Positions 56,384 through 64,000 of a stretch of 64,000 nt of DNA are shown one piece after another. Positions within the stretch are counted from its first letter, which is position 1. Every line of letters starts with the position of its first letter. The notes beneath the pieces are model-generated. The model was given only the letters and a program-made list of their open reading frames with translations, did no database searches and was not told the DNA's origin. Source of the DNA: a virus; IMG/VR virus record IMGVR_UViG_3300034418_007369, positions 1 through 64,000 of that record, one strand, 5' to 3'. The translations under genes were made by a program, and so were the position numbers.

Positions 56384-57055
56384 ATGAAAATATCGTCTAT
56401 AATAGAAGCTGCATACAAATTGCCGGATAAATTTTACGCTTTAGAGTGTGGAGCCTGTAGACCGGAGTATATTGAAACAGAAGACTGGAGAAGAAAGCAT
56501 GAAGTCTGGCTACTTGAACCAAATTTAGAAGTATACAATCAATTAAAATCATTAGATTATAAAGTACTTAATCTTGCGCTTTCAGATAATAATCAAAAAC
56601 AAACTTTTTATATTTCAAAATCTGAAGGGTTTTGTTATTTAGAATCATCAAGCTTAAACGATAGTCAAAAAAATAATGAGCAAGAATTACTAAGTTATGA
56701 GGTGGAGTGCATAACATACAAAAATCTACAAAAAAAACTAGGTATAATATATGACATTCTTATACTAGACATAGAAGGTCAAGAAGATAGAGTATTAAAA
56801 AATTTACTAACAATAGAAAAAAAATACTTACCTAAAATTTTATGTGTTGAGTGTGGATATGAATGGGAAGATAGAAAAAAAATATGTAAAAAACTTGGCT
56901 ACAATTTAGATTTCTATTACTATAACAATGCCTATTTTTCTTTATGTAATACTTTTACAAAAGACATAAACACGATTGAGACGTATAATAAATCTTGGCC
57001 TAACTGGGACTATAGCGGGAAAAGAATTTATGACAACGAAAATACCAATATATAA
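56384..57055 (+). CDS. FkbM-family methyltransferase
   Basis: LECGA, LEPN, ALSD, LDIEG.E and VE. Confidence 0.75.
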   Translation: MKISSIIEAAYKLPDKFYALECGACRPEYIETEDWRRKHEVWLLEPNLEVYNQLKSLDYKVLNLALSDNNQKQTFYISKSEGFCYLESSSLNDSQKNNEQELLSYEVECITYKNLQKKLGIIYDILILDIEGQEDRVLKNLLTIEKKYLPKILCVECGYEWEDRKKICKKLGYNLDFYYYNNAYFSLCNTFTKDINTIETYNKSWPNWDYSGKRIYDNENTNI

Positions 57056-58103
57056 ACCCTACTTACCCAGCAAGTCTATAGAGTACGCAAAAGACGCAAT
57101 AGACAGTGGCTGGGTGTCTTCTATTGGAGAATATGTAGAAAAAGCCACAGAGGAACTCAAGAAGCGCACAGGATCTAAATATGCAGTATTAGTGAATAAT
57201 GGAACATCTGCTACTCACTTATGCGCTAGAGTTCTTAAAAGATGGCATCCTGAAACCAAAAGAGTGTTCTTGCCAAGCGCCTGCTATGTAGCGGCGTACA
57301 ATTCGCTGCTATACGATGATAATGAATGGGTACTACAGCCCGTGGATCTAGACACAGAAACTTGGAATATGCGTATTCCAGAATACGAAGAGGGTGACGC
57401 TATCATGGCTGTCCACAACCTCGGCAATATCATGCCGCTTAACAGTATTGAATGTCCAGTCATAGAGGACTCCTGCGAAACTTTATTTGGAAAAACCAAA
57501 CAGAAACAATCGCTATGCGCCTCTCTTTCTTTTTTTGGCAACAAAAACATGACGAGCGGCGAAGGTGGAGCCGTGCTGACGGACGATGAAGATATTTTTA
57601 AATTCTTGACAAAGTTAAAAGGTCAAGGACAAACATCTAGAAGATATATTCATGATGAACTCGGCTACAATTATAGGATGACCAATATTCAAGCCGCACT
57701 ACTACTGGGCCAGCTAGAAGAGTGGGATAATATATATGGCGGAAAACGAGTATTGTTTCTGAAATATAACGAAGCGTTTAAAGACCATCCAAATATAATT
57801 CCACAGAAAGTGGTTTGCGATCACTCTAAATGGATGTATGGGGTCAGAATTCTTGGGTCTAAATCTTACGAAGATAACAAACGTATTTTTGACGCCCATA
57901 ATATAGAGACTAGACCAATGTTTTATTCTTTTAAACATCACAAACATTTAGACTTCTTGCACAATATGGCAGGAAGAACCCATGCAAACGCAACAAGGCT
58001 ACATAACGAGATAGTAATTCTTCCATCATATCCAGAACTAACCAATGAAGAAGTAAGTCATATAACAGAAACAACATTAAGTATAGCGAGGCGAAATAAA
58101 TGA
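57030..58103 (+). CDS. DegT/DnrJ/Per family sugar aminotransferase
   Basis: NGTSA.H, IEDSCE, SFFGNK.MTSGEGG, GYNYRMTNIQAA and LPSYP. Confidence 0.9.
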   Translation: MTTKIPIYKPYLPSKSIEYAKDAIDSGWVSSIGEYVEKATEELKKRTGSKYAVLVNNGTSATHLCARVLKRWHPETKRVFLPSACYVAAYNSLLYDDNEWVLQPVDLDTETWNMRIPEYEEGDAIMAVHNLGNIMPLNSIECPVIEDSCETLFGKTKQKQSLCASLSFFGNKNMTSGEGGAVLTDDEDIFKFLTKLKGQGQTSRRYIHDELGYNYRMTNIQAALLLGQLEEWDNIYGGKRVLFLKYNEAFKDHPNIIPQKVVCDHSKWMYGVRILGSKSYEDNKRIFDAHNIETRPMFYSFKHHKHLDFLHNMAGRTHANATRLHNEIVILPSYPELTNEEVSHITETTLSIARRNK

Positions 58104-59005
58104 TATACTTAGTCACGGGAGGCAGGGGTTTTATAGGGAGCCATTTTGTAGAAAAGGTTCTTGCCGATAATCACGAAGTTATTGATATAGATAAAATGAC
58201 CTATGCGGCCAGTAATAGTCTCCCTTGGGACAATAATCCTAATTATAAACATATAAAAAAAGACATATGCGAACTTAAACATCTACCATGCTGTGATATA
58301 ATTGTAAATTTTGCAGCAGAATCGCACGTAGATAACTCAATTGAATCTCCGGGCGTCTTTCTGAAATCTAATACAGAGGGCGTTTTTAACTTATTAAACC
58401 TAATCAAAAACAAAACATATGAAAAACCAACCCTTGTCCATATCAGCACAGATGAGGTCTATGGCGAGGTCGCCCTAGATGAAGAAGAAAAAACAGAAGA
58501 AAGCATATTGAATCCGGGCAATCCCTACTCAGCAAGCAAAGCCGCTGCGGAAATGTTTATTTTTTCTTATGCCAAAACTCATGATATAAACTATCATATA
58601 GTTAGAAGCGCAAACAACTATGGACCAAGACAGTTTCCAGAGAAGCTAATACCAAAAATTATAAAGCACCTAAAGACAAATAAAAAAATACCAATACAGG
58701 GAGACGGCAGCAACATTAGAGACTGGCTGTATGTCGAAGATAACGCAGAAGCAATCTACAAAATAACTCAATACAATGGCAAAAACGAGATATGGAATGT
58801 ATCTGCCTATAACTATCTTAAAAATACCGATGTCGTTAAAACAATATGTATGTGGATGGGCATTGAAAATTACGAGCAGCATATCGAATATGTTGAAAAC
58901 AGATTGGGACACGACTATAGATATTCCATATGCTCAGAAAAGATTAGACAAAAACTGAAATGGAAACCAGAACACGACTCTCTAACAAATTTTTTAGAGA
59001 CCTAG
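58100..59005 (+). CDS. rmlB: dTDP-glucose 4,6-dehydratase
   Basis: TGG.GFIGS, AAESHVDNS, HISTDEVYG, YSASK, NNYGPRQ.PEKLIP and GHD.RY. Confidence 0.92.
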   Translation: MIYLVTGGRGFIGSHFVEKVLADNHEVIDIDKMTYAASNSLPWDNNPNYKHIKKDICELKHLPCCDIIVNFAAESHVDNSIESPGVFLKSNTEGVFNLLNLIKNKTYEKPTLVHISTDEVYGEVALDEEEKTEESILNPGNPYSASKAAAEMFIFSYAKTHDINYHIVRSANNYGPRQFPEKLIPKIIKHLKTNKKIPIQGDGSNIRDWLYVEDNAEAIYKITQYNGKNEIWNVSAYNYLKNTDVVKTICMWMGIENYEQHIEYVENRLGHDYRYSICSEKIRQKLKWKPEHDSLTNFLET

Positions 59006-59032
59006 ACGAATAACAAAGAAAGGAAATACTAA

Positions 59033-59503
59033 ATGAAAATAGCGGCACTAACCGATAATTTAGCACCATCGCAAAAGTCTTTTTATTTAATAAAAGAGTT
59101 CAACAAATTATCACAAAAAAGCAAAAACTCTTGCTGTGTTTTTACTAATATCTCTGGGTCTGCTGTTACTAAGCCGCTTTTTGCCTGCTATAGCTCGGCG
59201 TTTTTGTCCGAATACAACGGGGCCGTAATTGCCACGTCTATAGCCGAAGCAAAAACCCTATTAGAAACGAGCAGTAGCGCTAAAAAATATTTATACCTAT
59301 GGGAAACTGAATGGACAATGGCGCCAATCAATCACGACGCAGCGTGTAAAATAATGCGTAATCCAAGACTAGAAATAGTAGCCAGAAGCGAAAGCCACGC
59401 AAAAGCAATAGAAAATTTCTGTAACAGAAAACCCATTGAGATAGTTGATGACTGGAATAGCCATCAATTATTAAAACTTATCGGAGGACAAAATGAAAAT
59501 TGA
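59033..59503 (+). CDS. Hypothetical protein
   Basis: AAGGA RBS. Confidence 0.7.
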   Translation: MKIAALTDNLAPSQKSFYLIKEFNKLSQKSKNSCCVFTNISGSAVTKPLFACYSSAFLSEYNGAVIATSIAEAKTLLETSSSAKKYLYLWETEWTMAPINHDAACKIMRNPRLEIVARSESHAKAIENFCNRKPIEIVDDWNSHQLLKLIGGQNEN

Positions 59504-60263
59504 TGAAGAGTTTGTAATAAGCAGATATAGTGAAAATGAAAGCACGTACTCTATTGCTAAAGAACTTGGAACTTATCCTAAAAAGATAGAGCGTATTCTC
59601 AAGAAGAATAATATTCAGCTTAGAAGCAAGTCTGAGTCTCAAAAACTGGCTCTAAAAGCTGGAAGGTGCGAGCATCCAACAAAAGGAAAGAAAAGAACAA
59701 AAGAAGAAAAAGTTAATATTAGTGAGGGCGTATATAATAATTGGCAAACCAAAACCAAGGAGGAAAGAAAAGAAATATCCAGAAAAGCCAGACAGCGCTG
59801 GGACGAAATTCCCGCAGACAAAAAGCGCGACATGATGGAGGCCGCTGGCAGGGCGCTTCATAAAACTTGTAGTGAAGGCTCTAAGGCAGAGAGATATCTC
59901 TACAGGCAAATGAAAGAAGAAGGTCGCGAAGTTGTCATGCATAAAAAGAATCTTATCAGTGGAAACTTTGAAATAGATTTGTTTTTACCAGACATTAAGA
60001 CTATAATAGAGATAGATGGACCACAACACTTTTTACCATTATTTGGTCAAGATAAATTAAAAGAAGTAATCAAGCTAGATTCTATCAAGAATGGATTGCT
60101 TTTAGCTGAAGGATATTGTATAATTAGAGTAAAGTATATGCTGAAGGGATTGTCCCAAAAATCAGCTAGGACATTGTGGGAGCTTGTTTCTGAACAGCTA
60201 TATAAAATTGACAAGAAATTTCCTCCCAAGGACAGACGTTTCATTGAATTGGAGATAAAGTAA
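59493..60263 (+). CDS. Homing-type endonuclease (HTH, NUMOD3-like, Vsr/DUF559 domain)
   Basis: SIAKELG, GKKRTKEEK..IS, SKAE and EIDLF...IEIDG.QH. Confidence 0.75.
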   Translation: MKIDEEFVISRYSENESTYSIAKELGTYPKKIERILKKNNIQLRSKSESQKLALKAGRCEHPTKGKKRTKEEKVNISEGVYNNWQTKTKEERKEISRKARQRWDEIPADKKRDMMEAAGRALHKTCSEGSKAERYLYRQMKEEGREVVMHKKNLISGNFEIDLFLPDIKTIIEIDGPQHFLPLFGQDKLKEVIKLDSIKNGLLLAEGYCIIRVKYMLKGLSQKSARTLWELVSEQLYKIDKKFPPKDRRFIELEIK

Positions 60264-61021
60264 TGAATTCTAGTACAGATTTGTTTGATAGAGAAGACAT
60301 GATTGAGAATGTAATTGAAGTCGTACAAGAGGATAGGCCACCATATGGTTCTAAAGAATGGAACGACTTTGTTATGGAAAAGTTTGAACCTCACGAATTG
60401 ATTGATGGAAATCCATTGGTTCATGGGCTACGAAGAATTGCAGAAGATTTGCTTGGAGATATTGTTGTTAGCAGGCCAACTCATGTGCTGGCTTCTGACG
60501 ACCCTCATGGCCCCGGTAGGGCTACGATTGGTTTCGAGGTTGTGTTTGACTGGATGAACTCTGGTCAGCTTAGGACATACGGCGATGTTGCAGATGTGTG
60601 GCATGGCAATACAGACGATCTATTTTGCGCTCATCCCGCCGCTACAGCGGCTACGAAAGCTGAGTCAAGATGCCTAAGAAAAGCCCTTAAAATACGCTGT
60701 GTGGCTGCTGAAGAGATCGCTAGAAACAAAGATGTGGCGGCTATCGTGCGTCAGTCTATCAAGGTTCAACCGAGCGATGGAGACTGGACAGAAGAAGATC
60801 CAATCACCACTCCACAGTTGAATTTTATTGATGGAAAATGTAAACAACTGAATGTAGACGTTTTGGCTTTTATTAATCAAGGAGAAAAGACATATAAAAA
60901 TATTACAGAAGTAACAAAGATGACAGCATCTAAAATGTTGAAGCTGTTAAATGAGTATCAGAATGGTTCTAAAGAAATGCCCGAAGAAGTTAAGGGCTAC
61001 AAAAGTAATTGGAGAGAATAA
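60263..61021 (+). CDS. Putative single-strand annealing protein (Rad52/Sak-like)
   Basis: GLRRIA and ATA.TKAESR.LRKAL; C-terminal T..Q...I..AS..L helical domain. Confidence 0.55.
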   Translation: MNSSTDLFDREDMIENVIEVVQEDRPPYGSKEWNDFVMEKFEPHELIDGNPLVHGLRRIAEDLLGDIVVSRPTHVLASDDPHGPGRATIGFEVVFDWMNSGQLRTYGDVADVWHGNTDDLFCAHPAATAATKAESRCLRKALKIRCVAAEEIARNKDVAAIVRQSIKVQPSDGDWTEEDPITTPQLNFIDGKCKQLNVDVLAFINQGEKTYKNITEVTKMTASKMLKLLNEYQNGSKEMPEEVKGYKSNWRE

Positions 61022-61350
61022 TGAAGCTAAATTATAAACTTGGAAATCTTACTGTTGAATTTGAGTGCGATACTGTTAAAGAAGTTTTTAATCAGTTGTC
61101 TACTTTTCAAGAGGTTTTCGGAGAAACGGAATGTGGAAAATGTGGATCTGAGAATCTAAGATTTGTTGTCCGCGAAAACGATGGCAACGAATACTATGAG
61201 ATCAGATGCAACGACTGTGGTGCAAGACTGTCATTCGGCGCGATGAAAAAGGGTGGAGGACTATTCCCGAAACGCAAAGACGGAGACGGAAATTGGCTAC
61301 CAGACAAGGGGTGGCAAAAGTGGAATAATCAAACTAAAAAATTGGAATAA
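61021..61350 (+). CDS. Zinc-ribbon hypothetical protein
   Basis: CGKC..CNDC. Confidence 0.7.
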   Translation: MKLNYKLGNLTVEFECDTVKEVFNQLSTFQEVFGETECGKCGSENLRFVVRENDGNEYYEIRCNDCGARLSFGAMKKGGGLFPKRKDGDGNWLPDKGWQKWNNQTKKLE

Positions 61351-61351
61351 A

Positions 61352-62218
61352 ATGAATATAATAATTTTTGGAGGCTCTGGCTACGTTGGAGCCTCCTTTT
61401 TAAAAAAACTTAAAACCGCTAATCATAACATAGATTCTGTATCAAGAAAAGACTGCGATCTTCTTTATGAAGAAAGCGTTTATAATTATTTGAAAATTAA
61501 AAAGCCAGATTATGTTATAAACTGCGCTGGATATACTGGCAAGCCAAATGTAGATGCCTGCGAAAACAATAAATCAGATTGTATAGCTGGTAATATAACC
61601 ATACCAAGCATACTAGCAAGATGCTGCAAAAACCTTGGAATAACATGGGGGCATGTGTCATCTGGATGTATATATACGGGAAGAAACAAAGATGGAAATG
61701 GTTTTACAGAACTAGATTTGCCAAACTTTTCTTTTAGGCAAAATAATTGCAGCTTTTATTCTGGAACCAAGGCTCTTTCCGAAGAGATTATTTTAGATTA
61801 TAATAATTGTCATATTTGGAGGTTAAGAGTCCCATTTTCAAATATCTCTGGAAACAGAAATTATATATCTAAAGTTATGAACTATAGCAAACTTTTAGAC
61901 GTAGAAAATAGCATCTCAAACATTGAAGAATTTGCTCAATGCGCCATAGACTGCATGGAAAAGTCATTACCGCTAGGTATTTATAATCTTACAAATCCGG
62001 GATCTATAACAACAAAAAGGATCACCGAATTACTGAAAGAATACAATATCTGCAATAAAGAATTTGAATTCTTTGAATCTGAGGACGAATTCATGACAAA
62101 TGCAGCCATCGCGCCAAGATCAAGCTGCGTGTTAGATAGCTCTAAAGCCATATCGCTTGGCCTAGAGTTGCTTCCGGCAGAAGAATCAGTTATCAAGTGT
62201 TTAAAAAATTGGACATGA
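61352..62218 (+). CDS. NDP-4-keto-6-deoxyglucose 3,5-epimerase/4-reductase (RmlD-like, NRS/ER type)
   Basis: GGSGYVG, NCAGYTGKPNVDACE, SGCIY, SFYSGTK, LRVPF and RNYISK. Confidence 0.8.
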   Translation: MNIIIFGGSGYVGASFLKKLKTANHNIDSVSRKDCDLLYEESVYNYLKIKKPDYVINCAGYTGKPNVDACENNKSDCIAGNITIPSILARCCKNLGITWGHVSSGCIYTGRNKDGNGFTELDLPNFSFRQNNCSFYSGTKALSEEIILDYNNCHIWRLRVPFSNISGNRNYISKVMNYSKLLDVENSISNIEEFAQCAIDCMEKSLPLGIYNLTNPGSITTKRITELLKEYNICNKEFEFFESEDEFMTNAAIAPRSSCVLDSSKAISLGLELLPAEESVIKCLKNWT

Positions 62219-62219
62219 T

Positions 62220-62780
62220 TTATTTTCTTACACACAGTAGAATATCATCAAATCTTCCTTTGACATGTCTTAGGTCTCTAATTTCCGGCAGATGTGTCCC
62301 TCCAAGCTCTTTATACTTTAAAATAAGCCTGTTTGCGTTTTCTATGCTGCCTATATCTTCAATTATCAGAAGCCCATTGGGTTTTAATTTTTTGAAATAT
62401 AACTCTAGGCAGGAAAATTGGGAATGTAAATTGTGAGGGCCATCATCTATGACAATATCAAAATCAGGTAGACGGCAAGAAACATCAAGGTCATATGCGT
62501 TTTCCTTCAAAAGAAAAACCCTATTTTTAAGAGGGCCGTTTTCTATAGTTTCCCACAAGATCTTAGGAATATTCAAGTCTATGCCATATATTCTAGAGTT
62601 TGGAAAAACCTCAGACCATAACATTATCGAGTCCCCTTGTTCTACACCTATCTCTAATATGTCTAAATTTTTATTTCTATGACCAAGAAACTTTTCTTCG
62701 TAAAAACAATCTATGTATGAATGACTGGTGTTCTTGTCGGTATTTTTATAATTAATAATTAATTCTTTTATTGTTTTCAT
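62220..62780 (-). CDS. Class I SAM-dependent methyltransferase
   Basis: TDK..H.Y, LEIGV..G.S, IDDGPH and IIED. Confidence 0.85.
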   Translation of the reverse strand: MKTIKELIINYKNTDKNTSHSYIDCFYEEKFLGHRNKNLDILEIGVEQGDSIMLWSEVFPNSRIYGIDLNIPKILWETIENGPLKNRVFLLKENAYDLDVSCRLPDFDIVIDDGPHNLHSQFSCLELYFKKLKPNGLLIIEDIGSIENANRLILKYKELGGTHLPEIRDLRHVKGRFDDILLCVRK

Positions 62781-63848
62781 TTATCTGGCCTCAACCCTAA
62801 ACAGAAATTGAACCTCGTGACATGTGTTTTGAATAAATCTATAAATATCTTCATCGGCAAATTTAGGAAATAATTGTTTGGCCCTATCGAACCATTGAGT
62901 AGGAATATATTGCTTACTTTGAAGTTTTAGTTTTTTATTCATATCGTGCCACCAAGCCTCTTCAAACTCATCAAAGTGCTGAATCATATGCTCGCTAATC
63001 ACATGAAGGTGTCCCGGACACATCGCCATCTCTTGCCCAAAATGAGGAACTTTAATTGTTACACTCGCTCCAACTCTACAAATACGCGCAATATCTCTAA
63101 TCAAAATAGAAACATTTGGCACATGCTCTAAACAATGAGATGAATATACCTCGTCAACGAAATCATCTGGTAAAGGTATCCCCATCGAAAAATCTGCCTG
63201 AATATCTACCCTTGGGTCATCCAGTATATCACAATTTATAAAACCCTCCCTTGGGTAAATACCTCCACCAATATCAATTTTTATACCTTGAGAAAAATCG
63301 AATTTAGATTTTAGCTTTTGTAGCATTTCTTCACTTAACATGAGCCTCATAATCTCCTCTCTTTTTAGGCAGGGATTGTAGTCTTTACCCCTGTAAATTT
63401 TCCAAAATCTAGAACAGTATGCATTAGAACAATCTTCCGGCACCCCTTCTGGGGCCAGTTTTATTAGCGGTAATAGGTTGTAACCGTGCTCAACAATATA
63501 TTGAACATCGAGATAATTATGTATGTGATGTAGATCAATACATTCATCAAGTTTTCCATATCTGTCGATTTTATCATTGATAAAACTATCTATTTTATTT
63601 TCATGTACAACATGAACCAAATCATAAACATTATCATAAGCCCTACCCCTCGCGTCTGACGATCTAGAAAAAACATATACACATTCGTCATCGTATGAAT
63701 GATTACAAATATAGGACACGAAGTCTTCTTCCATAATAAGGTCCGATCTAATCAAAATAGTTAATTTTTTTGACAGTTCACTTAAAGCAAAGTGGGCCGT
63801 AGAAAACTGTAAAGAATCTTTCTCGTCTATGAGCAGTATATCTTTCAA
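62781..63848 (-). CDS. Two-domain protein with C-terminal type-11 methyltransferase
   Basis: DIGGG, NCD, P.PD..VDE.YSSHCLEH and VP. Confidence 0.78.
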   Translation of the reverse strand: MKDILLIDEKDSLQFSTAHFALSELSKKLTILIRSDLIMEEDFVSYICNHSYDDECVYVFSRSSDARGRAYDNVYDLVHVVHENKIDSFINDKIDRYGKLDECIDLHHIHNYLDVQYIVEHGYNLLPLIKLAPEGVPEDCSNAYCSRFWKIYRGKDYNPCLKREEIMRLMLSEEMLQKLKSKFDFSQGIKIDIGGGIYPREGFINCDILDDPRVDIQADFSMGIPLPDDFVDEVYSSHCLEHVPNVSILIRDIARICRVGASVTIKVPHFGQEMAMCPGHLHVISEHMIQHFDEFEEAWWHDMNKKLKLQSKQYIPTQWFDRAKQLFPKFADEDIYRFIQNTCHEVQFLFRVEAR

Positions 63849-64000
63849 TAGCGGGAAGTCTTTTAAAGATTCTAGAACCTCGGATGGAGTAGAATAGTAT
63901 GTAGCAAAATAAACATCTACATCATATTTTTTAGATAGTTTTTTGACAAGGTTTTCGTAATGAACACGAACCTGAGAAAAATCTATGGTGTAAGGCCACC
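63845..64000 (-). CDS. 3' end of a truncated minus-strand gene
   Basis: Open frame ...YDVDVYFATYYS..KDFPLLKDILL runs on in the frame of ORF 62781-63848, so it may be that protein's N-terminal extension rather than a separate gene. Confidence 0.35.

Noticed and set aside
1-64000. Alternative genetic code or stop-codon recoding
   Set aside because: Conserved genes are full length in the standard code, TAA, TAG and TGA all end genes, and the only tRNA is not a suppressor.

Overview
A gene-dense, AT-rich, almost entirely plus-strand segment of a large tailed-phage genome, readable in the standard genetic code. The host is probably a planctomycete or other PVC bacterium, inferred from tandem Tat-type DUF1501 genes and a planctomycete-like secretin motif. 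Layout: (1) 1-10 kb, early/accessory genes (DUF6745 pair with a 12-bp QVxx repeat, HNH, rIIB-like, UvsE, ThyX), then a circularly permuted tmRNA directly followed by tRNA-Glu. (2) 10-21 kb, Hsp20, dCMP deaminase, two DUF1501 genes, a PAP2 phosphatase, SSB, a membrane-anchored RuvA-CTD protein, a GT4 and a phage sigma factor. (3) 21-25 kb, a candidate lysis/envelope module (TM-PAS protein, holin-like protein, papain-like protease, lipoprotein, membrane proteins). (4) 25-44 kb, nucleotide metabolism and replication (class II RNR, dUTPase, PhoH, RecA, DnaB, DnaG, dNMP kinase, Cas4-like nuclease), with DnaE split into two intein-less genes around a DEDDh exonuclease. (5) 38-64 kb, a large glycosylation and NDP-sugar cluster. 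Non-coding signals found by eye: two promoter classes (TTGAC-N-N4-CGA-N9-TA[T/G]AAT and TGTGTATA), a candidate kissing-loop small RNA, and a perfect 14-bp inverted repeat joining the two ends of the hsp20 transcript. All product calls rest on motif recognition; no database searches were run.
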